64,000 bases of DNA from a virus: positions 41,802 to 105,801 of the IMG/VR virus record IMGVR_UViG_3300050343_000214; one strand, written 5' to 3'. The notes below the pieces were generated by a model. It was not told the DNA's origin and made no database searches. It saw only the letters and a list, made by a program, of their open reading frames with translations. This document shows, one piece after another, positions 43,999 through 54,760 of this stretch. The position numbers and the translations under genes are program-made. The first letter of the stretch is position 1; each line of letters starts with the position of its first letter.

Positions 43999-44394
43999 CT
44001 GTATCTGAATACTTCAATACTATTATATCAACCTTGTTCAATTCGCACCATTCTATTTTATCTTCATCTTTTGCTTTTGCAATAGCAAAGTCTGCTTTAT
44101 TTTTATGAAAGAATGGCGTATACTCGTAGTGTTGTTGACCATGCACCTCTATAGCCTAATTTAATTTGGGGGATTAAAAAATCTAGGAAAAGCACACCTT
44201 TTCTGTGTGACTTTGCCGTACTTCCCGGTAGCTTCACCTCTTCCAGTATCCGGTAAGAGTGGAATATCTCTTTCAAGACGTTCCTTGCGCTCTCACGTGG
44301 TACTTTGATCTTTTTCTTTTGTCGTTTGCGTAGAACGTTGTAGCCGTGTTAAGTTCCAAGCGTACTCTCTGCCATTTATACCTATAACCTTCAT
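43961..44394 (-). CDS. PD-(D/E)XK (DUF559/Vsr-like) nuclease, frameshifted
   Basis: Reconstructed 'ILEEVKLPG...LFLDFLIPQIKLAIEVHGQQHY...KDEDKIEWCELN'. Confidence 0.65.
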
Positions 44395-44458
44395 TTATTA
44401 CTCCTATTATTAGCTTGGCAACTAATACTCCGCAAAATTTCTACAATGTTGATTATAC

Positions 44459-44605
44459 TCATGAGTTTACTATTATTTTTAATTTTTTTTCTAAAGTTTT
44501 AATAGTTCTTAATGCCGCATCAGTAAGTTCATAATCTCTCTTATACCCACGCATCGCGTCGAGTATTCTCCAAGCTTCCGTTTTATTCAAATCAATTTTT
44601 GCCAT
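44459..44605 (-). CDS. Small hypothetical protein (48 aa)
   Basis: MAKIDLNKTEAWRILDAM...; start overlaps the recA stop (TAATG); RBS AGGAG. Confidence 0.45.
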   Translation of the reverse strand: MAKIDLNKTEAWRILDAMRGYKRDYELTDAALRTIKTLEKKLKIIVNS

Positions 44606-45722
44606 TAAAACAGCTCCTTGATCTGCTCGTATACAAAAGATGAAAGATCTGGATTATTATTTAGAAATTCTAGGGTGTATTATTAGAGCCTTGAAATTTA
44701 AAAAATCTCTCTATGTCTTCTGGTTTTTCTCCCACGTTATTATCTTTTAGTAATTTTTGTACGATTTTATTGTCTACGTTGTCAATAGCGCACTGGATAG
44801 TATACCAAGCGCCAGCAGTCTTTAATGAGTCTAAACTCACAGGCTATCTGCACGACCTCCTGAGTCTCATCTAGGCCAATTCCATAACGAATCCAGCTCT
44901 CTGCCGTGCTATTTGGAGTACCTCCAGCGCAAGAGGTTTTAATATTCCAATTTGCAATTTGACCAACGTGAGGGCCAGTATCTTTCGGAACTTGCCAGCG
45001 ACCACGATGAGTGATAACCATATTAGTTCCAGCTTGATACTGTAGCATATTGCCGCAGTCTGCCATTTTAGATGGAGAGTATGGGGACCCACCAGTGTTT
45101 GCGATGTTGTGCGTTATGCAAACAAGAATTGTTTTGTTCTTCATCAGTGTGCCACTAATTCGTTTAAAAAACATAGAAAGCAATCGAGGTAAAGCATTTC
45201 GCACACCCGTTCTAACTTCACCGTCTAGTTCTACTTGTGGAACCATATTAGATAGTGAGTCTGTAATTATTAAACAACCGGGATCGTTATTAATATAATA
45301 TTCTACAATGTTTAAAAAGTCTTCTGCTGATAAAATTTTGTCATCTGTAGACTGAACAATAAGAATTCCATCTGGGTCAAGACCTTTAATGCCATCAAAG
45401 TTTTGCTTAGACAATCTACCCTCGGTGTTAAGATAAATAACGCGCTTACCTTTAGCTTGACACTTTGCTGCAAAATGTAGTGCTGTGGTTGTTTTTCCAG
45501 ACTTTGGATCTCCTGTCATAACCACTACAGACCCCTCACGCAATCCACCACCAAGCGCTATGTCTAAGTGCGGGAGAGATGCCAACAACTTCTAGGTCGA
45601 TTTATAGTTGCCAACACTTCAGTTCCAGTGCTAACAACATCTCCATACTTACCTACTACGCTATTGCTAACAACATCCGTGTCAAATTTGTTAGATACTT
45701 TCTTTTTCTTTACTTTACTCAT
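44605..45722 (-). CDS. recA: RecA/UvsX-like recombinase (frameshifted at both ends)
   Basis: 'LDIALGGGL', Walker A GDPKSGKTT, 'YLNTEG', Walker B 'LIITDSL'. Confidence 0.85.
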
Positions 45723-46246
45723 AGTTTCCTCAATTTGTTGATTGAACTTTTCTTGTTTGCGTACTGTTTATTTCTATGTTTCAACGTCTTTGACTCTATT
45801 TCTTCAATCGCAACTTCTTTATTAGACTCTTGAGATAGCTTTAAAGAGTCTTCGCGTTCTTTATGATACCTCTTTATGGCCTCTATTGCAACAGGATTAT
45901 ATTTCCATCCTGCTGGACTGTGAGCTTTGAGTCCAATGTGATATATTTTTTCAAAATGTTCTGATTTTACAGCGGATAGTATGATCGCTGGGTCAAACTT
46001 TTTTCGTAATTGTCTAGCGGCTTTCATATTTCTCATGAATACATCATGATACTTGTCTCCCTTGGTCCAAAATTTATAAGACGGTTTGTCCATTTTGAAA
46101 GCGTCTGTCCATCTCAATATCAAGTATTCAGCAATGTAAGATTCAAAAGTGCAATGCTCTCCAGTGTGGATGTGCTTGTATCTATATTCCTCAGACCACT
46201 GTTTTTGGTACTCTTTATTAAACAGTTTTGCCTTTTGCTTTTTCAT
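45719..46246 (-). CDS. Hypothetical basic phage protein
   Basis: Intact 175-aa ORF overlapping the recA start. Confidence 0.5.
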   Translation of the reverse strand: MKKQKAKLFNKEYQKQWSEEYRYKHIHTGEHCTFESYIAEYLILRWTDAFKMDKPSYKFWTKGDKYHDVFMRNMKAARQLRKKFDPAIILSAVKSEHFEKIYHIGLKAHSPAGWKYNPVAIEAIKRYHKEREDSLKLSQESNKEVAIEEIESKTLKHRNKQYANKKSSINKLRKL

Positions 46247-46683
46247 TATACACTAAAGCCTCTCTAAAGCAAGTGTCAACACTATCTTCATAGTGGTCTT
46301 CTCTCGTCAATTCGGGGGTAGACCATAACTCTTTTAGCACCATGCCCCCTTGTATCTTTCCAATTGTAAAACACTGTTTGGACTCACCTCCATATTGACC
46401 ACGTATAGATGTAACTACGTAAGCGCCATCCGACTGCGAGCAATCAATAGTCTCTCTATGAGACTTATACTGCAAGCCAACACTGTAGACATTAAGATTT
46501 TTTTTTGCGGCAATAATCTTGAATAGTCAACCACTCTTTAATGTCTTTTAAAAACACTGTTGAGCCATTAGAAAATTTTACATAAATCCATATTGTTTTT
46601 CTATGTTTTGGATTATTCTTGTAATATATCTTCCAGCCTTCTTCTTCAAATATATATGTCATTTCTTTATTGTAGTTGTGCAA
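46218..46683 (-). CDS. Hypothetical protein (two ORF fragments, probably one gene)
   Basis: 46492-46683 and 46218-46475 appear joined by an indel. Confidence 0.4.
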
Positions 46684-46943
46684 GAATCGGTCAAAGGAGT
46701 TCCTTTTTGAGCAACTGCGTCAGATATGGAGGAGGCACTTTCCGTCATGACTGCGCCGCCTTTATGTCGTGTAATACTTTGGTCCAACATACTTTTTACT
46801 GTAGATGGATGATCTTTTAAATACTTAGTAATAGAAGACTTTGTTCTATCTAAGTCCTTGGCAAGTGTATCAACATCGTGTTCGTCTCTGTGGTGTTCAA
46901 TATAGTACACCTCTGCTTTTCCAAGCGGTCCCTTTTTAGCCAT
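46659..46943 (-). CDS. Small HTH-like protein
   Basis: 'DVDTLAKDLDRTKSSITKYL'; RBS AGGAG. Confidence 0.5.
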   Translation of the reverse strand: MAKKGPLGKAEVYYIEHHRDEHDVDTLAKDLDRTKSSITKYLKDHPSTVKSMLDQSITRHKGGAVMTESASSISDAVAQKGTPLTDSCTTTIKK

Positions 46944-47208
46944 TTAAAAAACTCCTCTGTGCCTTAGTTATATAAATCCTACTATTCGTTTTCAAATACT
47001 TTATATAAGATTTGAACGTATCTTCATTTGTATTTCTAAGCGACAGAATTAAGTTTGATTCTCTATTACTATCTGCGCCTAAAGGATCGTATAAGTTATT
47101 GTTGTGCGTTAAAACACTAAAAACAGTTTGTCGAGATCCTTCTAGTTTTTCAGCAAAAATTAATATGTCTTCGTCTGAATACTCTTCGCCATTTCTATTA
47201 TATTTCAT
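46936..47208 (-). CDS. Hypothetical protein
   Basis: 90-aa ORF, RBS GAGG, coupled to its neighbours. Confidence 0.5.
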   Translation of the reverse strand: MKYNRNGEEYSDEDILIFAEKLEGSRQTVFSVLTHNNNLYDPLGADSNRESNLILSLRNTNEDTFKSYIKYLKTNSRIYITKAQRSFLNG

Positions 47209-47209
47209 A

Positions 47210-47548
47210 TTAACCTCTTTTTTGTCCTGTCATTATATAATGGTGTTGATGTTCTTTATTCATTCTGTTAATCATTCTCCTTGACTCTCTCTGCTCTCTC
47301 GCTTTGTCGTCTTGTTTTTGCATAGCGTTAGATCTCTCATAATGGCCCTTGTTCTTCCAATTTTTATCACATTGTTGACCAATAGTGGTTGGTTCTTGAT
47401 AAACATGTCCGTACAGACCTCCAGTTATCACTCGCTCTAAAGATTCTTCGTTACACTCTGGACATTTAGTTAACGCATCATCTTTAATAGATTGCTGCAC
47501 ATCTTCCATTACATGGTTACATGTTGTACATTGATAATCATATAGCAT
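47210..47548 (-). CDS. FmdB-family zinc-ribbon protein
   Basis: '[10 protein letters not shown]...CPEC...LERVI'. Confidence 0.75.
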   Translation of the reverse strand: MLYDYQCTTCNHVMEDVQQSIKDDALTKCPECNEESLERVITGGLYGHVYQEPTTIGQQCDKNWKNKGHYERSNAMQKQDDKAREQRESRRMINRMNKEHQHHYIMTGQKRG

Positions 47549-48233
47549 TATTCTTCCAGCGCGTAAAGCACTGCTCCAATTATTCCATTCCTCTGTATAT
47601 CATGATACTCTAATTTACAGATTCCGACACCCTGTACATCAGATAATCTTTCTATACAAAAATCTAACCCACTATTTCTAGTCAATATCTGTCTGTTTAT
47701 TGTCACCATTAATTAATACTTTAGAATGTTTACCCATTCGTGTAACAAACATTTTTATTTGTTCCAACGTGCAGTTCTGAGCTTCATCTAAGTATCATAT
47801 ATGAGTCGTGAAACGTAGACCCGCGCATCGTTTCTAAAGGTTCAAACCTGATTCTGCGTTGATTAAAATACATTCCAAACCTATCTCTACCTAAAAAGTA
47901 ACGTAAGTTTTCTTCCATAGGTTGTAGATATGGTTTTATCTTTTCATTTAATTCTCCCGGCAAAGATCCAAGATCTCTACCAGTACATACTAAAGGTCTT
48001 GTGACAATGATTGTATCAATTTCGTCTTTTAATAATTTTTGCGCCGCAATTCCAGCAGCAATAAAAGATTTACCGCTACCAGATGGACCTGTGCAAAAAA
48101 CCACATCATTTTCTACAATAGATCTGATATAATTTTTTTGATTTTCAGTTTTAGCCTCCAGTACGTTTGGTTTACTTGCTTTTTGTTCTTTACGCTTTTT
48201 TCGATTGTTATGTGCCTGTGCTGCCAAAACCAT
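47548..48233 (-). CDS. phoH: PhoH-family ATPase (frameshifted near the 3' end)
   Basis: 'KTENQKNY', GPSGSGKS, 'IVTRPLV', 'LGSLPG', 'MRGSTF..SYMILDEAQN', 'TRMG...INGD..QTD'. Confidence 0.9.
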
Positions 48234-48655
48234 TACTCCCTCGTTGCGAGGTTTCTAGTTCTTCTCTTAACGAGTAAAGAGACCCACTTCGGGAACCTCT
48301 TGGAATATAATCTGCGCGATTCTATCCCCACGCTTTATCTTCTACGTCTTCGTCTAGAAGTATTGTAAAGACAAACCATGATCTCTCCCCTGTAGCCAGA
48401 GTCTACAACTCCAGCTAGTACGTCTATGCCATGTTTAACTGATAGCCCAGATCTGGGCCAGATTAATCCAGCCATATTTCAGGCATATCAAAAGATATAC
48501 CAGTTTTAATTGTTTCTCTTTCTTTTGCGAATACCCAAGCTTCTATCGTCAGCAAAGTACAAATCAAATCCAGCATCTGTCTCTATGTGCTTTAAATGGC
48601 ATCTGTGCAGTTGTTCAGTCAATTAAGTTTATACAGTCCAGACAAATCCCCTCAT
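48208..48655 (-). CDS. dut: dUTPase (multiple indels)
   Basis: 'DAGFDL', 'IWPRSGL', '[15 protein letters not shown]', C-terminal '[10 protein letters not shown]'. Confidence 0.85.
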
Positions 48656-48670
48656 AATTATAGTTATCTC

Positions 48671-50908
48671 CTAAATTATATCACACTTCCCGCCAGCGCA
48701 AGCTACTTCTTGAACTGGATTAACATTATTTTGTTTTTCTATTACCACTGTGTAGTCTATATCCTTGTACTCACGTTTAATATCTAGCCATTCTTTCCAG
48801 TTGTAGACATCTTTCATGCAATATGTAAGTTGTTTTAGATCTCCGTTCCATGTATCTGTCAGCAAACTGTTGACATTTATTTTGATAGGACTTTTTATCT
48901 TTGCCTTTATGTTTTTGACCAACACCTAGCAGGCTATCGCAGGCTGCCCAAAGATTATCTTCATACAGTGAAAGTCCAACTTCTATCAGTCCACTAACAA
49001 ACATCGCAGCGTCTCCGTAGTGCTGTATCTGCTCGCTAGGTAAATACACCGTTGTGAATGGAGCTTGTGCGTAGTCTTTATCTCCAGCGATTGGTAATAA
49101 AGAAACACCACAGAAATACTTACGATTTTTATAAATAAAACTCTGTAACTTCTTCCCATTCGTCTGGTTTAACATTGATAGTATTAGATACATTATGTGT
49201 TAACCAAGGTTGAGTACATTGCTTTGGATTTGTACCGCTTGACAACCCAGTTACGCTGCGTACTCCTGACGTACTCAAGCAAGTCAATTGCTCCAACTTG
49301 ATTTTTAATCTTCGCACCGTCTGGAACCTCCACACAAAATGCTACTACGTCATCCGAGTCATTGTTAGACCATACGGACTCTTCACAGGCTCTAGGATTA
49401 ATACTTCTGAAGTGTTGGTAGATAGGCTCCATTTTATTTGCTTGGACTCTACGGATGTATCTCTTGGCGTGGTGGGGATGTATGCCAGATGACGTTCCAA
49501 GAATGCAACTTGACGTTCCTTCTGGCTTGACACACGTAGTTCTTGCAGCTTGATTGACACCAATTAATTTTGCCAGCTTTTTTATTTGTTTCTTTAACTA
49601 TTTCTGCGCCCTTCTTTTGCACTTCTGGATCAAGACAGATTTCATGTTGCTCCATAACGCCCGTCATCGACACGCCTAACAAAGCTTCGCGGCTTATAAT
49701 TCTTTCTGATACCTCTCCGAGATATGGAAAGCTAGCAAATCCAGCTTGCAGTGTTCCAATAATTGCAGCAGAAGCACATGCTTCGTAAAATTCTTTTTTG
49801 GTTGTTACTTTGGCGCAGTTAATAGTCGATAGATTACACGCCTGCCACCCAGTTTTACCTGTCTTTTCGTCTACAGGCCACATGCCAATTTCCACGCAGG
49901 GATTCACAATCAGCTCTGTAGAATCAGACCAGACAAATCCGGGCTCTCCAAACTCTTTTACGGATTGCATTAGTTCAGAAAATTGTTCTTTAGTTGTCTC
50001 GTTTCGCAAAAGCAATGCAGAATTGTTGGAACGTCCGCGCTGTGGGTTGTCAGTAAACCATGATCCAGTTTTGGCTTTCGCCATTTCTTCGTCGTCAGCA
50101 GAAAACAAGCAAATTGTAGCGCTACGACGAACACCACCACTAATTACAGCGTCAGCCGCATACATCACTATATCATATGCTTCAATAGGTCTAAGTTTCT
50201 TCTGTCCATTTTTAATAGCTCCGTCAAGGGTCTTCTTGATTTGCTTGTAAGGGCATTTCTTAAAGGATCTGGGCCGGGAGCCTTCCCTCCGCTAGACTTT
50301 AAATGAGAGCCTGCTGGACGTATTTCTGAGTAGTCGAAAACAATTGTTTTACCATTATATTCAGGGAAAAGATTATCTCCCTTAAAATAACTAGAGACAA
50401 GAACGCCCACTGCGTCTGACCATCCCTCAATAGAATCTTTAATGACAAATTTCTTTTGACCATTCTTTCCTTTAATTAAGTTAGGAAGTTTAGCGATATG
50501 ATGTTTTTGTACAGAAAATCCAGTTCCACACCCACATAATAGCAGATACATGCACTCTTGGAAAAATCTTGTTCTATCAATATATGATGCAATACAATTA
50601 TATATTCTAGCATTATGTTTGAATATAGGAGAGCCACCAAACTGCAAAGCTCTTTGTGAACCAAGAAGCTTTTTTCTTCTTCATATCACTCGTATGCTTG
50701 ATCAATATGACCTTAACAATGTCTGCCAATGGAGGTGTTCGTCGCTATCAGTTGTAACACTAGGATCGGATGGGTCAGCATACTTGTCAATCATCATCTG
50801 TCTTACTCGATCAACTGATTCACCCCATGTCTCTCTTCTTTCTTTGCTTTCATCCCACCTTGCGTATTTAGAAACGAACGTATAATTCATCAAGGATTTA
50901 ATTGACAT
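48671..50908 (-). CDS. nrdJ: Class II (adenosylcobalamin-dependent) ribonucleotide reductase, multiple indels
   Basis: 'KYARW...RETW', 'YNC', 'GGVRRSA', NPCVEI, 'ACNLST', 'CVKPEGTSS', C-terminal 'ACAGGKC'. Confidence 0.88.
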
Positions 50909-50951
50909 CTACGATCCTCATGTTCTTTTAAGTAAATTAAATTATATAAAA

Positions 50952-51569
50952 CTAATCAAAATATTTTTCAAGCAACTTGTAAACAATAAACTTGCACACA
51001 GTAGGGATTATAATGAATACCAATAGGTATGTCAGTATAACAGAACCATACTCTTTTTGCATTTCTTTTTTAACATTATGCGTTACAAAGTCAACACACT
51101 GCTTCTTCAATTTTCTTTTATCTTTTGCTGTGGCGGTTTTAAAGCATGTTGCCTGACTAGATATTTTAGCCCATTCGTCAGCATAAAACAAACATAAGTT
51201 TGCAATTTTTTTCTTTTCCCCACAATATTTTGTGTCTATGATTTGCTGTATACTAGAGACGTTTGCGCCGTCTGCGCTTGAGCTAAAAAATCCATCATAT
51301 GGAAATGGTATAGATGGGAAATTTTTAAGTTCAAAAAAACCATGCTCATCTTTAAGAGTGATACTGACGACTGTGGCTGAGATTGTAAAAATTCTTTTTA
51401 TAGACGCCTTGGGTTTGTTATCAACAAAATTTATTGTTATTGATTCATCTTCATTCTTAATTACTTCAAACTTTAAAGGAGACTCTGCTGCTATTTTAAT
51501 TCCGTTTATTTCAGCTCCTTCTTCTGTAAATAAGCTTGATATTAATTCTTTTGCTTCTTTAGGAGACAT
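50952..51569 (-). CDS. Hypothetical protein with C-terminal membrane anchor
   Basis: Hydrophobic segment 'SVILTYLLVFIIIPTVCKFIV'. Confidence 0.5.
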   Translation of the reverse strand: MSPKEAKELISSLFTEEGAEINGIKIAAESPLKFEVIKNEDESITINFVDNKPKASIKRIFTISATVVSITLKDEHGFFELKNFPSIPFPYDGFFSSSADGANVSSIQQIIDTKYCGEKKKIANLCLFYADEWAKISSQATCFKTATAKDKRKLKKQCVDFVTHNVKKEMQKEYGSVILTYLLVFIIIPTVCKFIVYKLLEKYFD

Positions 51570-51573
51570 ATTA

Positions 51574-52032
51574 CTAACCTTTCTGAATTAACGCCCAAGA
51601 CACTCCTTCAAAGTATGCGTGTAAAGCTTTGCGCTCTGACTTGCTTAGTTGATGATTATCATCTCCTATGACTGATCTGAGAATATCAGATATGCTCTCC
51701 GCAAGTCCGTCGTACTTATCAGCAAGTGTTGATTTAAAAAACAACTTCCCTGCTATTACATACACATCATTTACTTGCTGACAGTCAGTATTATATCCTA
51801 AAATTCTTTTAGAGAATTCATAATTAAAAATAGCTAATTTTTCTCTATCATCTTGATCTGTTACTAGAGCAGAAATGTTTTTGGATATTGACAAGATTGG
51901 ATCGCTAGGCTTTTCTATGTTTAGTATACTTGGCGTTGGAATAAACGGCCTAATATCTATGTTAGATAAATCTACATTGAGGCCAAATACAGAATAAGCA
52001 AGCAAGACGAGTGCTATTACTTTTTTATACAT
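51574..52032 (-). CDS. Exported or membrane-anchored hypothetical protein
   Basis: Signal-like N-terminus MYKKVIALVLLAYSVFG. Confidence 0.55.
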   Translation of the reverse strand: MYKKVIALVLLAYSVFGLNVDLSNIDIRPFIPTPSILNIEKPSDPILSISKNISALVTDQDDREKLAIFNYEFSKRILGYNTDCQQVNDVYVIAGKLFFKSTLADKYDGLAESISDILRSVIGDDNHQLSKSERKALHAYFEGVSWALIQKG

Positions 52033-52034
52033 TA

Positions 52035-52301
52035 TTATTCCTCCGTATTTAACAACGGAAATACCTCGTCAATTTTTTCGACGGCAGATTTAAGCTCTAA
52101 CGATTCACATTGGTTTCTGAGCGTGTGCCAAGTTTCAACTACTTCAATGAATGAAGCGGCCTGCGCTTGAACTTCAGGGCTAGGTTTTCTTTTGAATAAA
52201 TTTTTTACGTAAGTCACGTAGGGCTTAACATCAAAATTGACAAACAATAAACTTGCGGCAACCGCAATGGCTATTAGCCTTAATAAAACTTCTGTATCCA
52301 T
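52035..52301 (-). CDS. Small membrane protein
   Basis: N-terminal TM helix; RBS GGAGG. Confidence 0.5.
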   Translation of the reverse strand: MDTEVLLRLIAIAVAASLLFVNFDVKPYVTYVKNLFKRKPSPEVQAQAASFIEVVETWHTLRNQCESLELKSAVEKIDEVFPLLNTEE

Positions 52302-52660
52302 TATTCCTCCAAAATTTTTAATGGTTGAACGACAATAGTATCATCCTTTTTCCCGTGATATGGACACACAGTTTTGTGACCGTCTCCGTGGACTATAACT
52401 CCAGAGCCTTTGCAAATGCATTTATCTGGATCTGGATGTGGACCGACTATATCTGGAGTTGGTTTTACTCCAAATACTTCTTTCTCTGACTCGTCAAAGG
52501 ACTTCTTGACTTCTTGCTTCCATAACTCTACTTCTGAAGGTTCGCTGCTAAAACTAAGAGGTGTTCCTCCATCAATTATAGACGGAGGGTTATTTACAAA
52601 GTGCAATGTTCCTATGACAGAAATTAAACTAATAAAGCATAATTCCAAAAATCTTTTCAT
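52301..52660 (-). CDS. Exported protein with a CxCxGxG...GDGH...CPYH metal-binding motif
   Basis: Signal/TM N-terminus; 'CICKGSGVIVHGDGHKTVCPYH'. Confidence 0.55.
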   Translation of the reverse strand: MKRFLELCFISLISVIGTLHFVNNPPSIIDGGTPLSFSSEPSEVELWKQEVKKSFDESEKEVFGVKPTPDIVGPHPDPDKCICKGSGVIVHGDGHKTVCPYHGKKDDTIVVQPLKILEE

Positions 52661-52887
52661 GGACTGCCTCCATCCACAGCGTTGTAATAAGAAATATCAT
52701 CGAATTTTGCAGTGTAGAGAGTTTCTAGTTCTGTTGGTGTTAAACTCGTATCAAACTCAACAAAACTAGGATCGGTGCTGGTATCAATTGTAAACGAAGT
52801 TCCAGTAGGAAAACAGCTTACTGTGACAGTTCCGTTCCTAAGAGTTGTGGTTGAAGCGTGTGCGTTTTGAGCGACATCAGTTGGCAT
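52657..52887 (-). CDS. Small hypothetical (probably virion-associated) protein
   Basis: 76-aa ORF with RBS AAGGAG. Confidence 0.5.
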   Translation of the reverse strand: MPTDVAQNAHASTTTLRNGTVTVSCFPTGTSFTIDTSTDPSFVEFDTSLTPTELETLYTAKFDDISYYNAVDGGSP

Positions 52888-52918
52888 ATTAATCTCCTTT
52901 TATAAAAATAATGTTGTA

Positions 52919-53782
52919 TTAGGGCGCAGATGTAGTGCTAATCATTGGGTAAGTAGTAAAGGTCACACTTTCAAAGTCTTGACTTGGCGTTGCGGGTGGG
53001 GTAAAATTCAAGCCTCTTTTGTATACAGCCAAATTTCTAATGTGAAAATGATCTATCTGACCACTAAAAGCATTGTTTCCATCTTTGTCAGAACCAATTG
53101 TTAGTTTTCCACCGTTTAAAAATTCTATTACTTGATCAGAATTTTCTGACTGTGTGGTCGTTGTCTTTTTACGCCATCAATGTACATATAAAAATTTACT
53201 GTTAGTATACCCTGAGCCACTCTGTCTGACGATAGCTACATGATGCCATCCGCTAAGGCCCACAGCATCGCTGGTTAGACTGCGCGTACTTACAGTGCCG
53301 AAATCTTTATGTAAATAGGTATAGCTAAATTTAATTTTGTTATCAATCATCTCTACTTTATAATTTCCATAGGAATTCTCATGACTTTGTTCTAACAAAA
53401 CAGCGCTGCTAACATTTGCAGTAAAGTAAACAAAGAATTCCAGTGTAAAATTGTTTGTACCAATAGCTGTTAGAGCATTGTCGGAATTAGTATCGTCGTT
53501 ATAGATTCTTCCCCCTGAAGTATTTTTTAATGAAGCTAGACCAAACTTCTTATTAGTTCCATCTAGATTAATATTAGAAGATGTAAAATCCAGATCAGCG
53601 CTGGAAACATCCTCGAAATTATTATTAAAGGGTAAAAGTACGAGGCTTGCATAACCACTCGCTGGAAGGTCTTGAGGGTTATATATTAGCTCGTTTTCAG
53701 AATAAACTTGCGCCACTGGGGTGTCAGGCTCTGCGCCAGAGTACAGCGTTACGGTTTGTTCGCCAAGATATATATTAGCCAT
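52919..53782 (-). CDS. LamG/concanavalin-A-like lectin-domain fibre protein (frameshift near 53.18 kb)
   Basis: 'IGTNNFTLEFFVY', 'GWHHVAIVRQ', 'LYIDG', 'LTIG...FSGQIDHFHI'. Ends ...ISTTSAP. Confidence 0.78.
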
Positions 53783-53800
53783 ATTATTTTGCTCTTTTAA

Positions 53801-54403
53801 TTAGGTTACTACGTATATTGTGTTGGGATCTTTGTCTGCTAAAGCTGTATATTCTGAGCTGCTTAATGCGAGAATATTGTTTGCGGTTACTTTATATGCT
53901 AACCATTTATCTAGAGTTGCATCGTAAGTAAACGACGCTGCTTGACCGTACTTTAAAAGTATGTCAGATCTTGGGATACAATAAATTCTGTTAGCTGCAA
54001 CAGCTGTTGTACTTTGACTTTTGATTGTGATGTTTCTGTCTCCAGAAGTTACATCATTTATCAAAACAAATTGCTTAATTGCGTAGTCATCATCTACCCC
54101 GTGTATGGTAAAGTTTGCGTTTAATGTAGATACTTTAATTAGGTCTAGATTAGCAGTTGGCAGAAATGCGGCATCTGACGTAGACACACCGTCTCCCAAC
54201 GTTTGTGTACCACCTACTTTTTGCTCAACCGAACTGTTGATTGTAGGCAATGCTGACCAAGCCCTGTCACCATCTCCAATTTTTAAGACGTTGGTATCAA
54301 CAGCAAATGCTGGTTCACCACTGGCTAGAATTGGATTGGCGCTACTGAATGAATCTCCTGTTCCTCTTCTTATCTGAATTCTTGTGTTAGTATAATCTGG
54401 CAT
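53801..54403 (-). CDS. Fibre protein with an Mtd/hyaluronidase-type N-terminal domain and a C-terminal adaptor motif
   Basis: 'RIQIRRGT...NPILASGEPAFAVDTNVLKIGDG...WSALP'; C-terminus 'LSSSEYTALADKDPNTIYVV'. Confidence 0.75.
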   Translation of the reverse strand: MPDYTNTRIQIRRGTGDSFSSANPILASGEPAFAVDTNVLKIGDGDRAWSALPTINSSVEQKVGGTQTLGDGVSTSDAAFLPTANLDLIKVSTLNANFTIHGVDDDYAIKQFVLINDVTSGDRNITIKSQSTTAVAANRIYCIPRSDILLKYGQAASFTYDATLDKWLAYKVTANNILALSSSEYTALADKDPNTIYVVT

Positions 54404-54462
54404 AGTATTTTACCCTTATGTATTGTGTACAGTGTGTCAACATATAATACACTGAACTGTAA

Positions 54463-54757
54463 TTAAAATGCCGATAAACTAATCTTTTTCCATTGATTAG
54501 TATCATAACAAACATATAAATAGTTGCTATCTACGGCGGTTTGACCTTTTTCACCTTGGGCTGTACCAGAGGTGGGAATATCGGAGTGACTGTTAGTTAC
54601 TGGCAAACTAGCCCATGTGCTAGACCCGTCGCCTGTCTTGAGGGTGTTGGTATCAAGCGCAAGAGCTGGTTCTCCGCTGGCTAACACTAACGTGCTAGAT
54701 CTTAGCTCATCGTTAGTTCCTCTTCGGACTTGTATTTTACTATATTGTGATGCCCAT
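54463..54757 (-). CDS. Mini fibre protein (~97 aa) with an Mtd-type N-terminal domain
   Basis: 'KIQVRRGT...VLASGEPALALDTNTLKTGDG..TWASLP' plus 'PTSGTAQGEKGQTAVDSNYLYVC...W'. Indel just after the ATG. Paralogous to the adjacent gene. Confidence 0.7.
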
Positions 54758-54760
54758 TTT

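Noticed and set aside
41413-50908. Pseudogenisation of dnaB, recA, phoH, dut and nrdJ
   Set aside because: Catalytic motifs are retained on both sides of each break, consistent with read indels rather than decay.
53801-54757. Diversity-generating retroelement suggested by Mtd-like domains
   Set aside because: Only the N-terminal anchor domain is present. No C-type-lectin variable region, adenine-specific TR/VR pair or reverse transcriptase is visible in the window.
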